Below the pieces are notes generated by a model. The model saw nothing but the letters and a program-made list of their open reading frames with translations, was not told the DNA's origin and ran no database searches. The translations under genes and the position numbers were made by a program. From Bacteroidota bacterium (lineage in GTDB: Bacteria > Bacteroidota > Ignavibacteria > Kryptoniales > JAKASW01), in NCBI GenBank assembly GCA_021845665.1, contig JAJZVO010000019.1:919-64918 (forward strand): a stretch of DNA of 64,000 bases, given 5' to 3'. Shown one piece after another: positions 46,910 through 55,490 of this stretch (positions are counted from its first letter, which is position 1; each line of letters begins with the position of its first letter).

Positions 46910-48298
46910 CTACTTCATGTAGGTAGCGGTGCCGTTCTGCTCTTCCGTCTGATAAACATTCATAATGTATTGCGCCACGGCTTTTACCTGGGCCTCATTT
47001 AAACCTTGCTTCGGCATGGGCGGATATCCTTGCAAGACTTGCCGCGGGTTCATTATGAAGTTCTCCAGGTCATCCATTCTTCCTTCGTAATTGCCAAGCA
47101 CCATATTGTAGGCAGGTCCCACAAGCCTGCGATCGAATCTGTGGCAGGCGCTGCAAGTTTGCTTGTAAATATCTTCGCCATTGATCTTGGCCGTTTGTAC
47201 TTCAGGGAGCTCTGAGAGCATTTTGTCGTAATTATTGGCCATGAGCTGGTAGTGCGCCCGGTTAGATTGGCTGAATGAGACGCCCTTGGCTGTCATCCAG
47301 ACCCCGACCATTACGACAACACCGATAAAGGCATAGCTGCCGAGTTGGACTTTTCTTTGCTTCAACATTTGGAAGAAGAAATGCACGAGTATGAACACGA
47401 TCAAGAGGCCCAGCCCGGCAAGTCCGAAGACGGCGCCGTCTTCGGCAGCCGAAGGGACGAAGGTGAGATCGATAAAGATGATTAGAGGTTGGACGATTGC
47501 GAAAAGGAGCCCTGCATTCGTCGCAAACCTCTTTACAAACGAAGAGTATGCCTCGTCATTTGAGACGCCCAGTCCGCCGTCCCAAATATAGAAGAAGAAA
47601 AGGATGGCGGCACTCTCGATCACAACGGCGGCAGTGACGAAATGGATGAAACTCCAGATCGTTGTCCAGGAAAAGAGTACGGCAAACGCGCCGGCGTCTT
47701 TCATCCAGTCCTGGCTGTCCAGAGCCAGGTTAGAACCGCCCATGAACGCCCACATTCCGATCCAGAGCATAACAGTACCAAACAATCCCGCCCTTCGCCG
47801 CGTCTGGTGAGCGGAGATTTCCATAGCGTCGACATCAACGAGGCTCGCGTCGCCGATCTCAGATTTCTGGGACGACGTCAGTTTCTTATAAGATTCAATG
47901 AATCCTTCGAGCCTGAAACTGTACCTATAGGCAATCAGGAACATGAAGCCGATGATGATGAGAATTGCCGAACCCGTTATGAAGTTCGTGACATCTGCCT
48001 TTGTATTATAAAGGAGCTCGGCGTAGATAAGAATTATAGTCACGATCGGAAGTCCCGCCAAAGCCGCGACGGCACCCTTACCCGGCAATGCCACATCGAT
48101 AAGATTCCTGGCAAATCGGCGGTATATCTTATTCCCTTTTTTCAATCCTTTGCGATTGAAGTAAAGCGACAAGGTAGAGCCGGTCGCCGCTATCGCCATG
48201 TATGTGACAAGCATGGTCGAGACAAAGGACAACAAATAGTAAAGAAGCGTAAGGCGTTCACCCGATTCGGGATTAACAAGGTTGTTTAGGAAATGCAT
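46910..48298 (-). CDS. Polytopic membrane protein with C-terminal monoheme cytochrome c domain
   Basis: ~9-10 hydrophobic segments then CSACH...VGPAY...YPPMP; starts 4 nt after heme O synthase stop. Confidence 0.85.
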   Translation of the reverse strand: MHFLNNLVNPESGERLTLLYYLLSFVSTMLVTYMAIAATGSTLSLYFNRKGLKKGNKIYRRFARNLIDVALPGKGAVAALAGLPIVTIILIYAELLYNTKADVTNFITGSAILIIIGFMFLIAYRYSFRLEGFIESYKKLTSSQKSEIGDASLVDVDAMEISAHQTRRRAGLFGTVMLWIGMWAFMGGSNLALDSQDWMKDAGAFAVLFSWTTIWSFIHFVTAAVVIESAAILFFFYIWDGGLGVSNDEAYSSFVKRFATNAGLLFAIVQPLIIFIDLTFVPSAAEDGAVFGLAGLGLLIVFILVHFFFQMLKQRKVQLGSYAFIGVVVMVGVWMTAKGVSFSQSNRAHYQLMANNYDKMLSELPEVQTAKINGEDIYKQTCSACHRFDRRLVGPAYNMVLGNYEGRMDDLENFIMNPRQVLQGYPPMPKQGLNEAQVKAVAQYIMNVYQTEEQNGTATYMK

Positions 48299-48302
48299 CT
48301 GG

Positions 48303-49310
48303 CTAAAGCCTCCATGGTGAGATCAATTTGAAAAGGATGTCCACTAGGACCAAAACAGTAACGGCCAACACATAAATATTTATTTTCATGAAAGCGGATT
48401 TATACGTTCGTTTGTCGCCGAAGTGTTTCACTACCGGCCAAGCCCCCATGCTCAGCCAGGCGCCGAGGACGAGAAGTAGTATTCCCGTTACCTCGCCCTC
48501 GACTACACCCGTCGTTATAAAAAGGACAGAAATGGCAACAAGAGCCAGCATCCATGCATAAGTGAAAACGGCAAATTTCTTTTCGGACAGGTGACTTCGC
48601 ATCGTTGGAAAACCGGCTCTCTCGTAATCACTGCTGTATATATCCATCAAGAGCCAGAAATGCGGGATCTGCCAGACGAAGAAGAACGAAGACACGACCA
48701 GGAGCTTCGGATCCACCAGGCTTCCGCCGGCAGCCGCCCAGCCCGCCATCACCGGTAGAGAGCCGACGAAAGAGCCGGGCACTACCGCGTAGGCCGTTTT
48801 CTTCTTGAGAGGTGTGTAAATGGCATTGTACCAAAACATTGCAAGCAATGAAAGCACCAGTGCCGGGAGGTTCCCCCAGGTGAGAGTCACAGCGGAGCCG
48901 GCAATGACAAGACCGATAAGCATGAGAAGTGCCGCGCGGGGAGAGACAGTTCCGGAAGGGAGCGGACGCCTTTGCGTACGGTGCATAAGAGCGTCGCTAT
49001 ATCGCTCCTGGTAATGATTAAGTACTGCCGATCCGCAGGCAACGAGGAAAATTCCTAATGAAGACATGACCATGCCGAAGGAGATTTCCCCGGATGCAAG
49101 GACGTAACCGAAAAGAGCCGACATCCCGACGAAGAATGTAATCTTTATCTTGACAAGCTCCGCGACGGCATTTGCGATTTCCTTCAGGTGGGCAAGACGT
49201 CCCACCTCAGGTAAGCTGAGGACGGCCGTGCCCTCCCTGCTGATTCCGGGCGAGTGTAAACCATCCACGGTTCTCATCGGCCGATTTTCATTTTGGTCAG
49301 TTCTGCTCAT
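48303..49310 (-). CDS. ctaB: Protoheme IX farnesyltransferase (heme O synthase, CtaB/CyoE)
   Basis: LNHYQE...DALMHRT.RRPLPSG, YNAIYTPLKK, GWAAA, FVWQIPHFW. Confidence 0.93.
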   Translation of the reverse strand: MSRTDQNENRPMRTVDGLHSPGISREGTAVLSLPEVGRLAHLKEIANAVAELVKIKITFFVGMSALFGYVLASGEISFGMVMSSLGIFLVACGSAVLNHYQERYSDALMHRTQRRPLPSGTVSPRAALLMLIGLVIAGSAVTLTWGNLPALVLSLLAMFWYNAIYTPLKKKTAYAVVPGSFVGSLPVMAGWAAAGGSLVDPKLLVVSSFFFVWQIPHFWLLMDIYSSDYERAGFPTMRSHLSEKKFAVFTYAWMLALVAISVLFITTGVVEGEVTGILLLVLGAWLSMGAWPVVKHFGDKRTYKSAFMKINIYVLAVTVLVLVDILFKLISPWRL

Positions 49311-49378
49311 TGCTTATCATCACTGTTAAATTTGCGTACAACTTATTGTCTGGAAGTTCCGAGTCTTACTGGAGTCAC

Positions 49379-50035
49379 TCAAAAATAGATCGTTGAATCA
49401 CCGAGCGCCACTTTCGGTTCGGCAGTGCTGCTCGATTTGATCCAACTGTCGAAGGTCGTATCAGGCAAGACGATCATTTTCGTTTTCATCAGTGAGTGGT
49501 CAAGCCCGCAGTATTGAGTGCAGACCACGTCAAAGACGCCGAGATGCTCCGGGTACACCACCATATGTCGAATCCTGTCGGGCAGCGCGTCCTGCTTTTC
49601 CCTGAACGCGGGGAGATAGAAGCTGTGGATCACGTCAAGTGATGTGATGAGGCAATCGATCGGCCTTCCCTTAGGAACATACAGGGTATCGCATCGCTTC
49701 CCGTTCATATATTCAAACGAAAAACTCCATTGTCGGGCGAAGACCTTGACCGGCATGGCATTCTTCGGGACGATGCGTATCTGCAGATATGCTTCCCATC
49801 CCACATAGAACATCGCGAGAACCAGAACTGTCGGAATAACCGTCCAGAAAATCTCTAGGGGGACGTTTCCCGGAATACTTGTGGCCCGTGGGTTCCGCTT
49901 ATGATTGTACTTAAAGACAAAGAACACCATTGTTGCGACAACTATCGTGAACAGGATCAGGCTGCAGATTACAATGAATCTCATCACGTCATCTACGGCC
50001 TGTGCGTGATTCAGTGCGTACGGCAATAATCTCAT
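49379..50035 (-). CDS. coxB: Cytochrome c oxidase subunit II (CuA, no fused cytochrome c domain)
   Basis: LEIFWTVIP, ARQWSFSFEY, DVIHSFY, CTQYCGLDHSLM. Confidence 0.93.
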   Translation of the reverse strand: MRLLPYALNHAQAVDDVMRFIVICSLILFTIVVATMVFFVFKYNHKRNPRATSIPGNVPLEIFWTVIPTVLVLAMFYVGWEAYLQIRIVPKNAMPVKVFARQWSFSFEYMNGKRCDTLYVPKGRPIDCLITSLDVIHSFYLPAFREKQDALPDRIRHMVVYPEHLGVFDVVCTQYCGLDHSLMKTKMIVLPDTTFDSWIKSSSTAEPKVALGDSTIYF

Positions 50036-50045
50036 TTTTTGCGCC

Positions 50046-50360
50046 CTATCTCCTGAAATAGACATCGGCAAATGTCAGGAGGAAAATCACCGAAAGTACT
50101 CCACCCGCGATTGCCACGAAGATTTTGAAAATTTTGTCCTCATACTTCACGTGCATGAAGACATTCACTACGAGCGAGGATTTAACGAGTGCTATGAGAA
50201 GCGCTATCACCAGAGTGAAAGCAGCGAGGTTAATTCCTGCGACGACCGCCGTGATCGCGGTAAGCGCCATCAAGGCCAGCCAAATGAGGACATATATTCC
50301 GTAGCTGGTAGGCGCGCCTTTGTGTTCCGTCAAAGTTTGCTGTTCCATCATTCTCTCCAT
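50046..50360 (-). CDS. Cytochrome c oxidase subunit IV (CtaF/CyoD-like)
   Basis: IALVKSSLVVNVFMHVKYE; TGATG coupling to coxC. Confidence 0.88.
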   Translation of the reverse strand: MERMMEQQTLTEHKGAPTSYGIYVLIWLALMALTAITAVVAGINLAAFTLVIALLIALVKSSLVVNVFMHVKYEDKIFKIFVAIAGGVLSVIFLLTFADVYFRR

Positions 50361-51004
50361 CAGTTAACCAGGTAAAATAGCGGGAACAAGAATATCCAAA
50401 TAATGTCGATCAGGTGCCAATAGAGCCCTGCTGCCTCCAGCCTCACTGAATCTTCCTGCGTGATTTTACCCTTGATTATGAAAATCAACATGACGGTAAG
50501 TAGCCCGCATCCGACCAGCACATGCAGACCGTGAAGGCCGGTCATCAGGTAATACATCGCAAAGAATAGTTCAAAGCCGCGAGGGTGTTTGAACAACATC
50601 GGAGACCCCGGGTAGATCCCTTCGTGGATTTCAGTTGACCACTCGACATATTTTATGACCAGGAATCCGAGTCCGAGGGCAATGGTTGAAGAAAGGAAAG
50701 TCACCGAGAGCCACTTCTTTCCTCTTTCCAGGGCAGTAATCGAAAGCGCCATGGTCAGACTGCTTGTAAGAAGGACCATGGTGTTGACCGTGCCGAACAA
50801 CGTATGCGTGTACATAGCGGCTTCGTGGAACTCCTTCGTATAGAAGTATCTGTACGCCGAGTACAGGAGGAACATGCCGCTGAACAAAAGAAGCTCCGTC
50901 ATGAGGAAAAGCCACATCCCCATCTTTATTCCATGAACGTCCTTCTTCGGGTGACCGGCGTGTCCAGTATGTTTTGCGGATTCAGGCAAGGAAATTTCAC
51001 TCAA
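50360..51004 (-). CDS. coxC: Cytochrome c oxidase subunit III
   Basis: GMWLFLMTE, NTMVLLTSS, TGLHGLHV, GLYWHLIDIIWIFLFPL. Confidence 0.93.
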   Translation of the reverse strand: MSEISLPESAKHTGHAGHPKKDVHGIKMGMWLFLMTELLLFSGMFLLYSAYRYFYTKEFHEAAMYTHTLFGTVNTMVLLTSSLTMALSITALERGKKWLSVTFLSSTIALGLGFLVIKYVEWSTEIHEGIYPGSPMLFKHPRGFELFFAMYYLMTGLHGLHVLVGCGLLTVMLIFIIKGKITQEDSVRLEAAGLYWHLIDIIWIFLFPLFYLVN

Positions 51005-52638
51005 CTTGTGAACGCCTCCTCGTGGTAATATGGCTCGTGGATGACTACTGGTTCTTCTTCAAAATTCTCATGTATCGGCGGAGAAGCCGTCTTCCATTCG
51101 AGGGTGGTGCCTCCCCAGGGGTTCGGGCCCACGCGCGGTCCTTTTATGGCACCGTGAATTAGATTGACAAACATGACTATCAATCCTGCAACCAGGATCC
51201 ATGACCCCGCTATAGAGATATGCTGAAGGGTTTCAAATTGCGGCAGGTAAGTAAAATAGCGTCGCGGCATCCCTTCATATCCCATGATGAACATCGGGAA
51301 ATAGAGGAGGTTGAATCCGATGAACATCACAAGTAAATCCCAGCTTGCGATCTTTTTGTCGTACATCCTGCCGAACATTTTCGGGAGCCAGTAGTGCAAT
51401 GCTCCGAAGAATATGAAGACGCCGCCCCCGAAGATTATGTAATGGAAATGGGCCACCACAAAATAAGTTGCGGTGAGGTGGACATCTGTCGCCAGTGATC
51501 CCAGCACAAGGCCGCTCAAACCGCCGATTGAAAACAAGACCATGAAGGCCATCACGAAAAGGAAAGGTGGCTGAGGGTCGATGGACCCTTTATACATCGA
51601 CGCAACCCAGTTGAACACTTTTATTCCGCTCGGAATGGCAACGATGAAAGTCAGGAATGAAAAGACCATATCCGCCTGCTGCGACATTCCGGCAACGAAC
51701 ATATGGTGTCCCCATACCAGATATCCGATGAAGGCAATGGCGAGACTGGACATCGCTATGGCTTTGTATCCAAAGATCGTCCTTCGGGTAAACGTGGCGA
51801 TTATTTCTGAGACTATGCCCATTGGCGGAAGTATCATTATGTATACGGCCGGATGCGAATAGATCCAGAACAAATGCTGGTACAAGACGGGATCACCACC
51901 GGCCGCCGCGTTGAATATACCGATACCGAATACCCTGGAAATAATTATCAGGAGGAGGGTGATCGCAAGGACAGGTGTAGCGATGATTTGCACCCAGGAC
52001 GTAGCGTAAAGGGCCCAGACAAAAAGCGGCATTTTGAACCACGTCATACCGGGAGCCCTTAAGCGGTGAATGGTTGTGAGGAAATTGATCCCGGTGAGAA
52101 TTGACGAGAACCCGACGATGAAGACACCGAAGACTGCCACGGTCACACCTGTTGTCGTCCTAAGGCTATAAGGTACATAGAAAGTCCAACCCGTGTCCGG
52201 AAGACCGTTGACGAAAAGAGCCGTCAAAATCACCGCAGATCCTATAACGTACAGGTAAAAGGAAAAGAGGTTCAATCTTGGAAAGGCAACATCCTTTGCG
52301 CCGATCTGAAGCGGTAGGAAGAAATTGCCGAGCGTCACGGGGATTCCGGGAATGACGAACAGGAAAATCATTATGACGCCGTGGAGCGTGAAGAGGGCAT
52401 TATAGACTTCCGGGCCAAAAAGCTTGCCGCCGGGTGAGATCATTTCCAAACGGAGCAGGATGCCTAACAAGACGCCGACGGAAAAAAAGCTGAACAGCAT
52501 TACTGTGTACATTATGCCTATTCGCTTATGATCAGTTGAAAGGAGCCAGGCAGCAAGCCCCTTGTGCTTCCCGATGTTTTCCAGGTAACTTCCCTCCACG
52601 ACAGAAATGTCCTGCGGGGGCAATGCAATGTCAGCCAT
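51001..52638 (-). CDS. coxA: Heme-copper oxidase subunit I, A2 type
   Basis: STDHKRIG, TLHGVIM, DVAFPRLN (D-channel), YSHPAVY (A2 YS motif), WGHHMF, PSGIK (K-channel), AHFHY. Confidence 0.95.
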   Translation of the reverse strand: MADIALPPQDISVVEGSYLENIGKHKGLAAWLLSTDHKRIGIMYTVMLFSFFSVGVLLGILLRLEMISPGGKLFGPEVYNALFTLHGVIMIFLFVIPGIPVTLGNFFLPLQIGAKDVAFPRLNLFSFYLYVIGSAVILTALFVNGLPDTGWTFYVPYSLRTTTGVTVAVFGVFIVGFSSILTGINFLTTIHRLRAPGMTWFKMPLFVWALYATSWVQIIATPVLAITLLLIIISRVFGIGIFNAAAGGDPVLYQHLFWIYSHPAVYIMILPPMGIVSEIIATFTRRTIFGYKAIAMSSLAIAFIGYLVWGHHMFVAGMSQQADMVFSFLTFIVAIPSGIKVFNWVASMYKGSIDPQPPFLFVMAFMVLFSIGGLSGLVLGSLATDVHLTATYFVVAHFHYIIFGGGVFIFFGALHYWLPKMFGRMYDKKIASWDLLVMFIGFNLLYFPMFIMGYEGMPRRYFTYLPQFETLQHISIAGSWILVAGLIVMFVNLIHGAIKGPRVGPNPWGGTTLEWKTASPPIHENFEEEPVVIHEPYYHEEAFTS

Positions 52639-52641
52639 ATC

Positions 52642-53451
52642 TCAGTTCCCTCCCTTGGCCTTTGCTTTCTTGAGTCTCTTTGTAGTCATAAGGAATAAGA
52701 TGAATGCGAGCATGAAGATAGTTGTTCCCCAGCCAACGACCGAAATGGCATCGAAAGAATAACCGGTCCCGGCGGCATCGTAGCTAAAACACAACTTCAA
52801 GACGTTTCCTATTATCGGAGCGAACGTGTTGTTTGCCGCTTCCATAATCGCCATCTGCACGTCGATCGGCGTGAAAGTCATCCCATAGATATACCTGGCT
52901 ATCTTCCCTTCCTTGCTTACGAAGATAAGAGCGGTGGGATGCGTGAACATGTCGTGCTTGTCCCGCATGAAATAGAAACCGACTTCGTTGGTAAGCTTGT
53001 GGATGGTGACGCTGTCGCCAGTCAGGAATCTCCATGCATTGTCCGGTATCGGGCGTCTCGCCATTTTCACGTACTGTTGTTTTTTTTCGAGTGCACGCGC
53101 AGGAGTGTCGTTCGGGTCGAAACTTATCGTCGCTATCCTGTAGTCCTTTCCAGGCATTTCTTTCATTTTTTCGACGACCTGCTGGATACCGCCGAACACC
53201 CTATCGCAGATGCCCGGGCATGTGTAATACCCTAGGTCGATAATCAGCGGTTTCCCATCAGATATTTGCGCCAGAGTTATCGGTTTGCCGTATTCATCCT
53301 TGAAAGTCAAATTCATGTCGATCGTCTTCCCGAGCTGCTGGACTATTCCCACATTAGGATGCGACGCATCTTCGGCGAACAGGGCTTTCACCGGAAAGAT
53401 AAGCGAGCTCAGCGCTGCAGCTATATAGAAAGATTTGAAAATCTTAGTCAT
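52642..53451 (-). CDS. SCO1/SenC copper chaperone
   Basis: YYTCPGIC CxxxC, WRFLTGD, FTHP, C-terminal TM. Confidence 0.9.
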   Translation of the reverse strand: MTKIFKSFYIAAALSSLIFPVKALFAEDASHPNVGIVQQLGKTIDMNLTFKDEYGKPITLAQISDGKPLIIDLGYYTCPGICDRVFGGIQQVVEKMKEMPGKDYRIATISFDPNDTPARALEKKQQYVKMARRPIPDNAWRFLTGDSVTIHKLTNEVGFYFMRDKHDMFTHPTALIFVSKEGKIARYIYGMTFTPIDVQMAIMEAANNTFAPIIGNVLKLCFSYDAAGTGYSFDAISVVGWGTTIFMLAFILFLMTTKRLKKAKAKGGN

Positions 53452-53609
53452 CTTCGCCCTCTCAAAAAATATTCTTGATTAATCGGTCTCTTAGCTTTTG
53501 AGTTATCGTATATGGGTTCGTTAAATGAATCGCTATACGGAAGCTGTTCATGGTATCCATATTCAATGCCCCAGCAAAACGCCTGGTCATTTCCCTGACA
53601 ATGACCTCC

Positions 53610-54320
53610 CTAATTGCCTGCCATCTCGGCAAGCGTCTCGATATCGGAGTCAGTTTCCTTTGGGAAACCTTTGAAGCTTCGTATATAGCTTATGATGGCA
53701 AGCCGGTCATTGACGGATATTGAGCTGAAGGGAGGCATCGGACTTCCCGGGATGCCGTCTGTCAAGGTCTTATACATTCCGGAGGCCATGCGCCCGTTAA
53801 TCCAACCCTTTGCCGAGTGGAAGTTGCGAGGTTTTGGTTTGAATGCCGCGGCGGCGGGGCCGTCGCCTTCACCGTTTGCACCGTGGCAGGCAACGCAATC
53901 GTCTATGAAAAGACTCTTGCCTTTTGCGATCATTGCGGCAGGAGGGGAGATAAGATCTGCAAATTTAGAATCGGCCGCCGGCAAGGAGGATACCTTGGAC
54001 TTTTCGTGTGAGGCCATTTCCTTCGTCTCCTCAGCATGTGACCCGGAAGTCGAGGGTTTCATCAAAGAAGCTTCGGGGGAAGATTCGGACAATTCATTCG
54101 CTTCCGTCGGAGTCTCTCCAGGGATTGTGGTGGAAGAGGTTTGGGTCGTCGTGGTGACTTGAGATTTGCCGTTCTTGCCGTTTTGCCGCGAAGAATAGAG
54201 AAAGATCACGGCCGCTGCGATTCCGGCGAAGTACAAATAATACAGAGGGCGCCACCATCTCCGCTTCAAAAAGAACGTGGCACTTTTTTCCAGGTTCTCA
54301 TTCTGTAGATTCGGTTCCAT
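53610..54320 (-). CDS. Membrane-anchored monoheme cytochrome c with long Ser/Thr/Glu-rich linker
   Basis: N-terminal TM, low-complexity linker, CVACHG..G.GDGPAA..PKPRNF, GSPMPPF. Confidence 0.9.
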   Translation of the reverse strand: MEPNLQNENLEKSATFFLKRRWWRPLYYLYFAGIAAAVIFLYSSRQNGKNGKSQVTTTTQTSSTTIPGETPTEANELSESSPEASLMKPSTSGSHAEETKEMASHEKSKVSSLPAADSKFADLISPPAAMIAKGKSLFIDDCVACHGANGEGDGPAAAAFKPKPRNFHSAKGWINGRMASGMYKTLTDGIPGSPMPPFSSISVNDRLAIISYIRSFKGFPKETDSDIETLAEMAGN

Positions 54321-55001
54321 CAGCTGCTTACCTGATTGTTAGAGATAATTTGTTCAGTCGCTGCCACGACGTTCATTAAAGACGGGTCGTGGTCTCTTAC
54401 TTACTCTATATATAAATGCTCATCAGTCGAGACAGACATCGAGCAACTGAGGATCATCAGGCAACCAGGATGCTGACAGAGAACCGCCGGTCCCGTTGAG
54501 TTCGGGGCGGCACACAGCCCTGGACGGTTCGAGCCGCCTGCAATTTGCCTTCGTTCAGGACAAAGGTACTGCGGGTCCAATCGGACTCGTATTTGACTTG
54601 TCGACCATAGTGAATATTACCTTGGCAGGAATACCAGCCGTGACAAGACACTATAACGCACCTCGGCAAACGGCTTTCTCTCCATTCCCGGTCGAGACAC
54701 AGACTGCAATGCAAAATGAATCGTTAAATGTCGGCAAAAGGTTCAAAGATCTTTCTGAAACACAGAATCACTGGAACTGAAAAAGCAAATAAGTCCCTGA
54801 GTCTTTCCATTGTACTCGATGCCGGGTCTCGACTTTGGCTGGATGATGACTCCTCGTACCGCCTTAGATTAATCGCGTGCGGCGGGAAGCCACCTCTCTG
54901 TAGTCTCCTTCGAAACCTCGACATTAATATAATTTCATACGTCATCCTTTACAATGCAGGAAATCCTAAAAAGTTCCCGAGAAATGAGACGATAGAAATT
55001 T

Positions 55002-55490
55002 TTACCTGAGTTTCATGATTGTTTGATCTTTATCGACGATCTCCCCTTCATGGACCAGCACTTCCGCAACTTCCGAGTCCGAGGCTATCCGTATCTCATT
55101 CTCCATCTTCATCGCTTCCAGGATAATGAGCTTTGCCCCCTTCTTGACTCTCTCCCCGTCAGCAACCAGTATTTTCACAACGAGTCCCGGCATTGGCGCT
55201 TTGATCTCCGAGTGAGCGTGCCCCGCCGGGCCGCCGGACTCAAGTCTCCTGAGTAAAATATCGCGGTCGCTAAGCACTTCCATCCGCACTGTCTCGTTCG
55301 AAAGGAGTAATTCGATTTCCTCGCCCTTCTCCGAATAGATAATCTCTTCGACCGAATCACCGATCTTCACCAGAAGCCTGTCCTCTTCCTCGCGAATCAC
55401 CTCATAATTCACTTCCCTGCCATCTACCAGGATCTTCTGTCCCTCCATCTTGAAGCTCACGGTCTGGCCGTCGATCAAAACTGCTGGCAT
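55002..55490 (-). CDS. Biotin carboxyl carrier protein
   Basis: IKAPMPG, LEAMKMENEI biotinylation motif. Confidence 0.92.
   Translation of the reverse strand: MPAVLIDGQTVSFKMEGQKILVDGREVNYEVIREEEDRLLVKIGDSVEEIIYSEKGEEIELLLSNETVRMEVLSDRDILLRRLESGGPAGHAHSEIKAPMPGLVVKILVADGERVKKGAKLIILEAMKMENEIRIASDSEVAEVLVHEGEIVDKDQTIMKLR

Noticed and set aside
53080-53087. 8-nt homopolymers in sco (and at the CLC start, ~2063-2070) as phase-variation tracts
   Set aside because: Length 8 is expected by chance and both frames are intact
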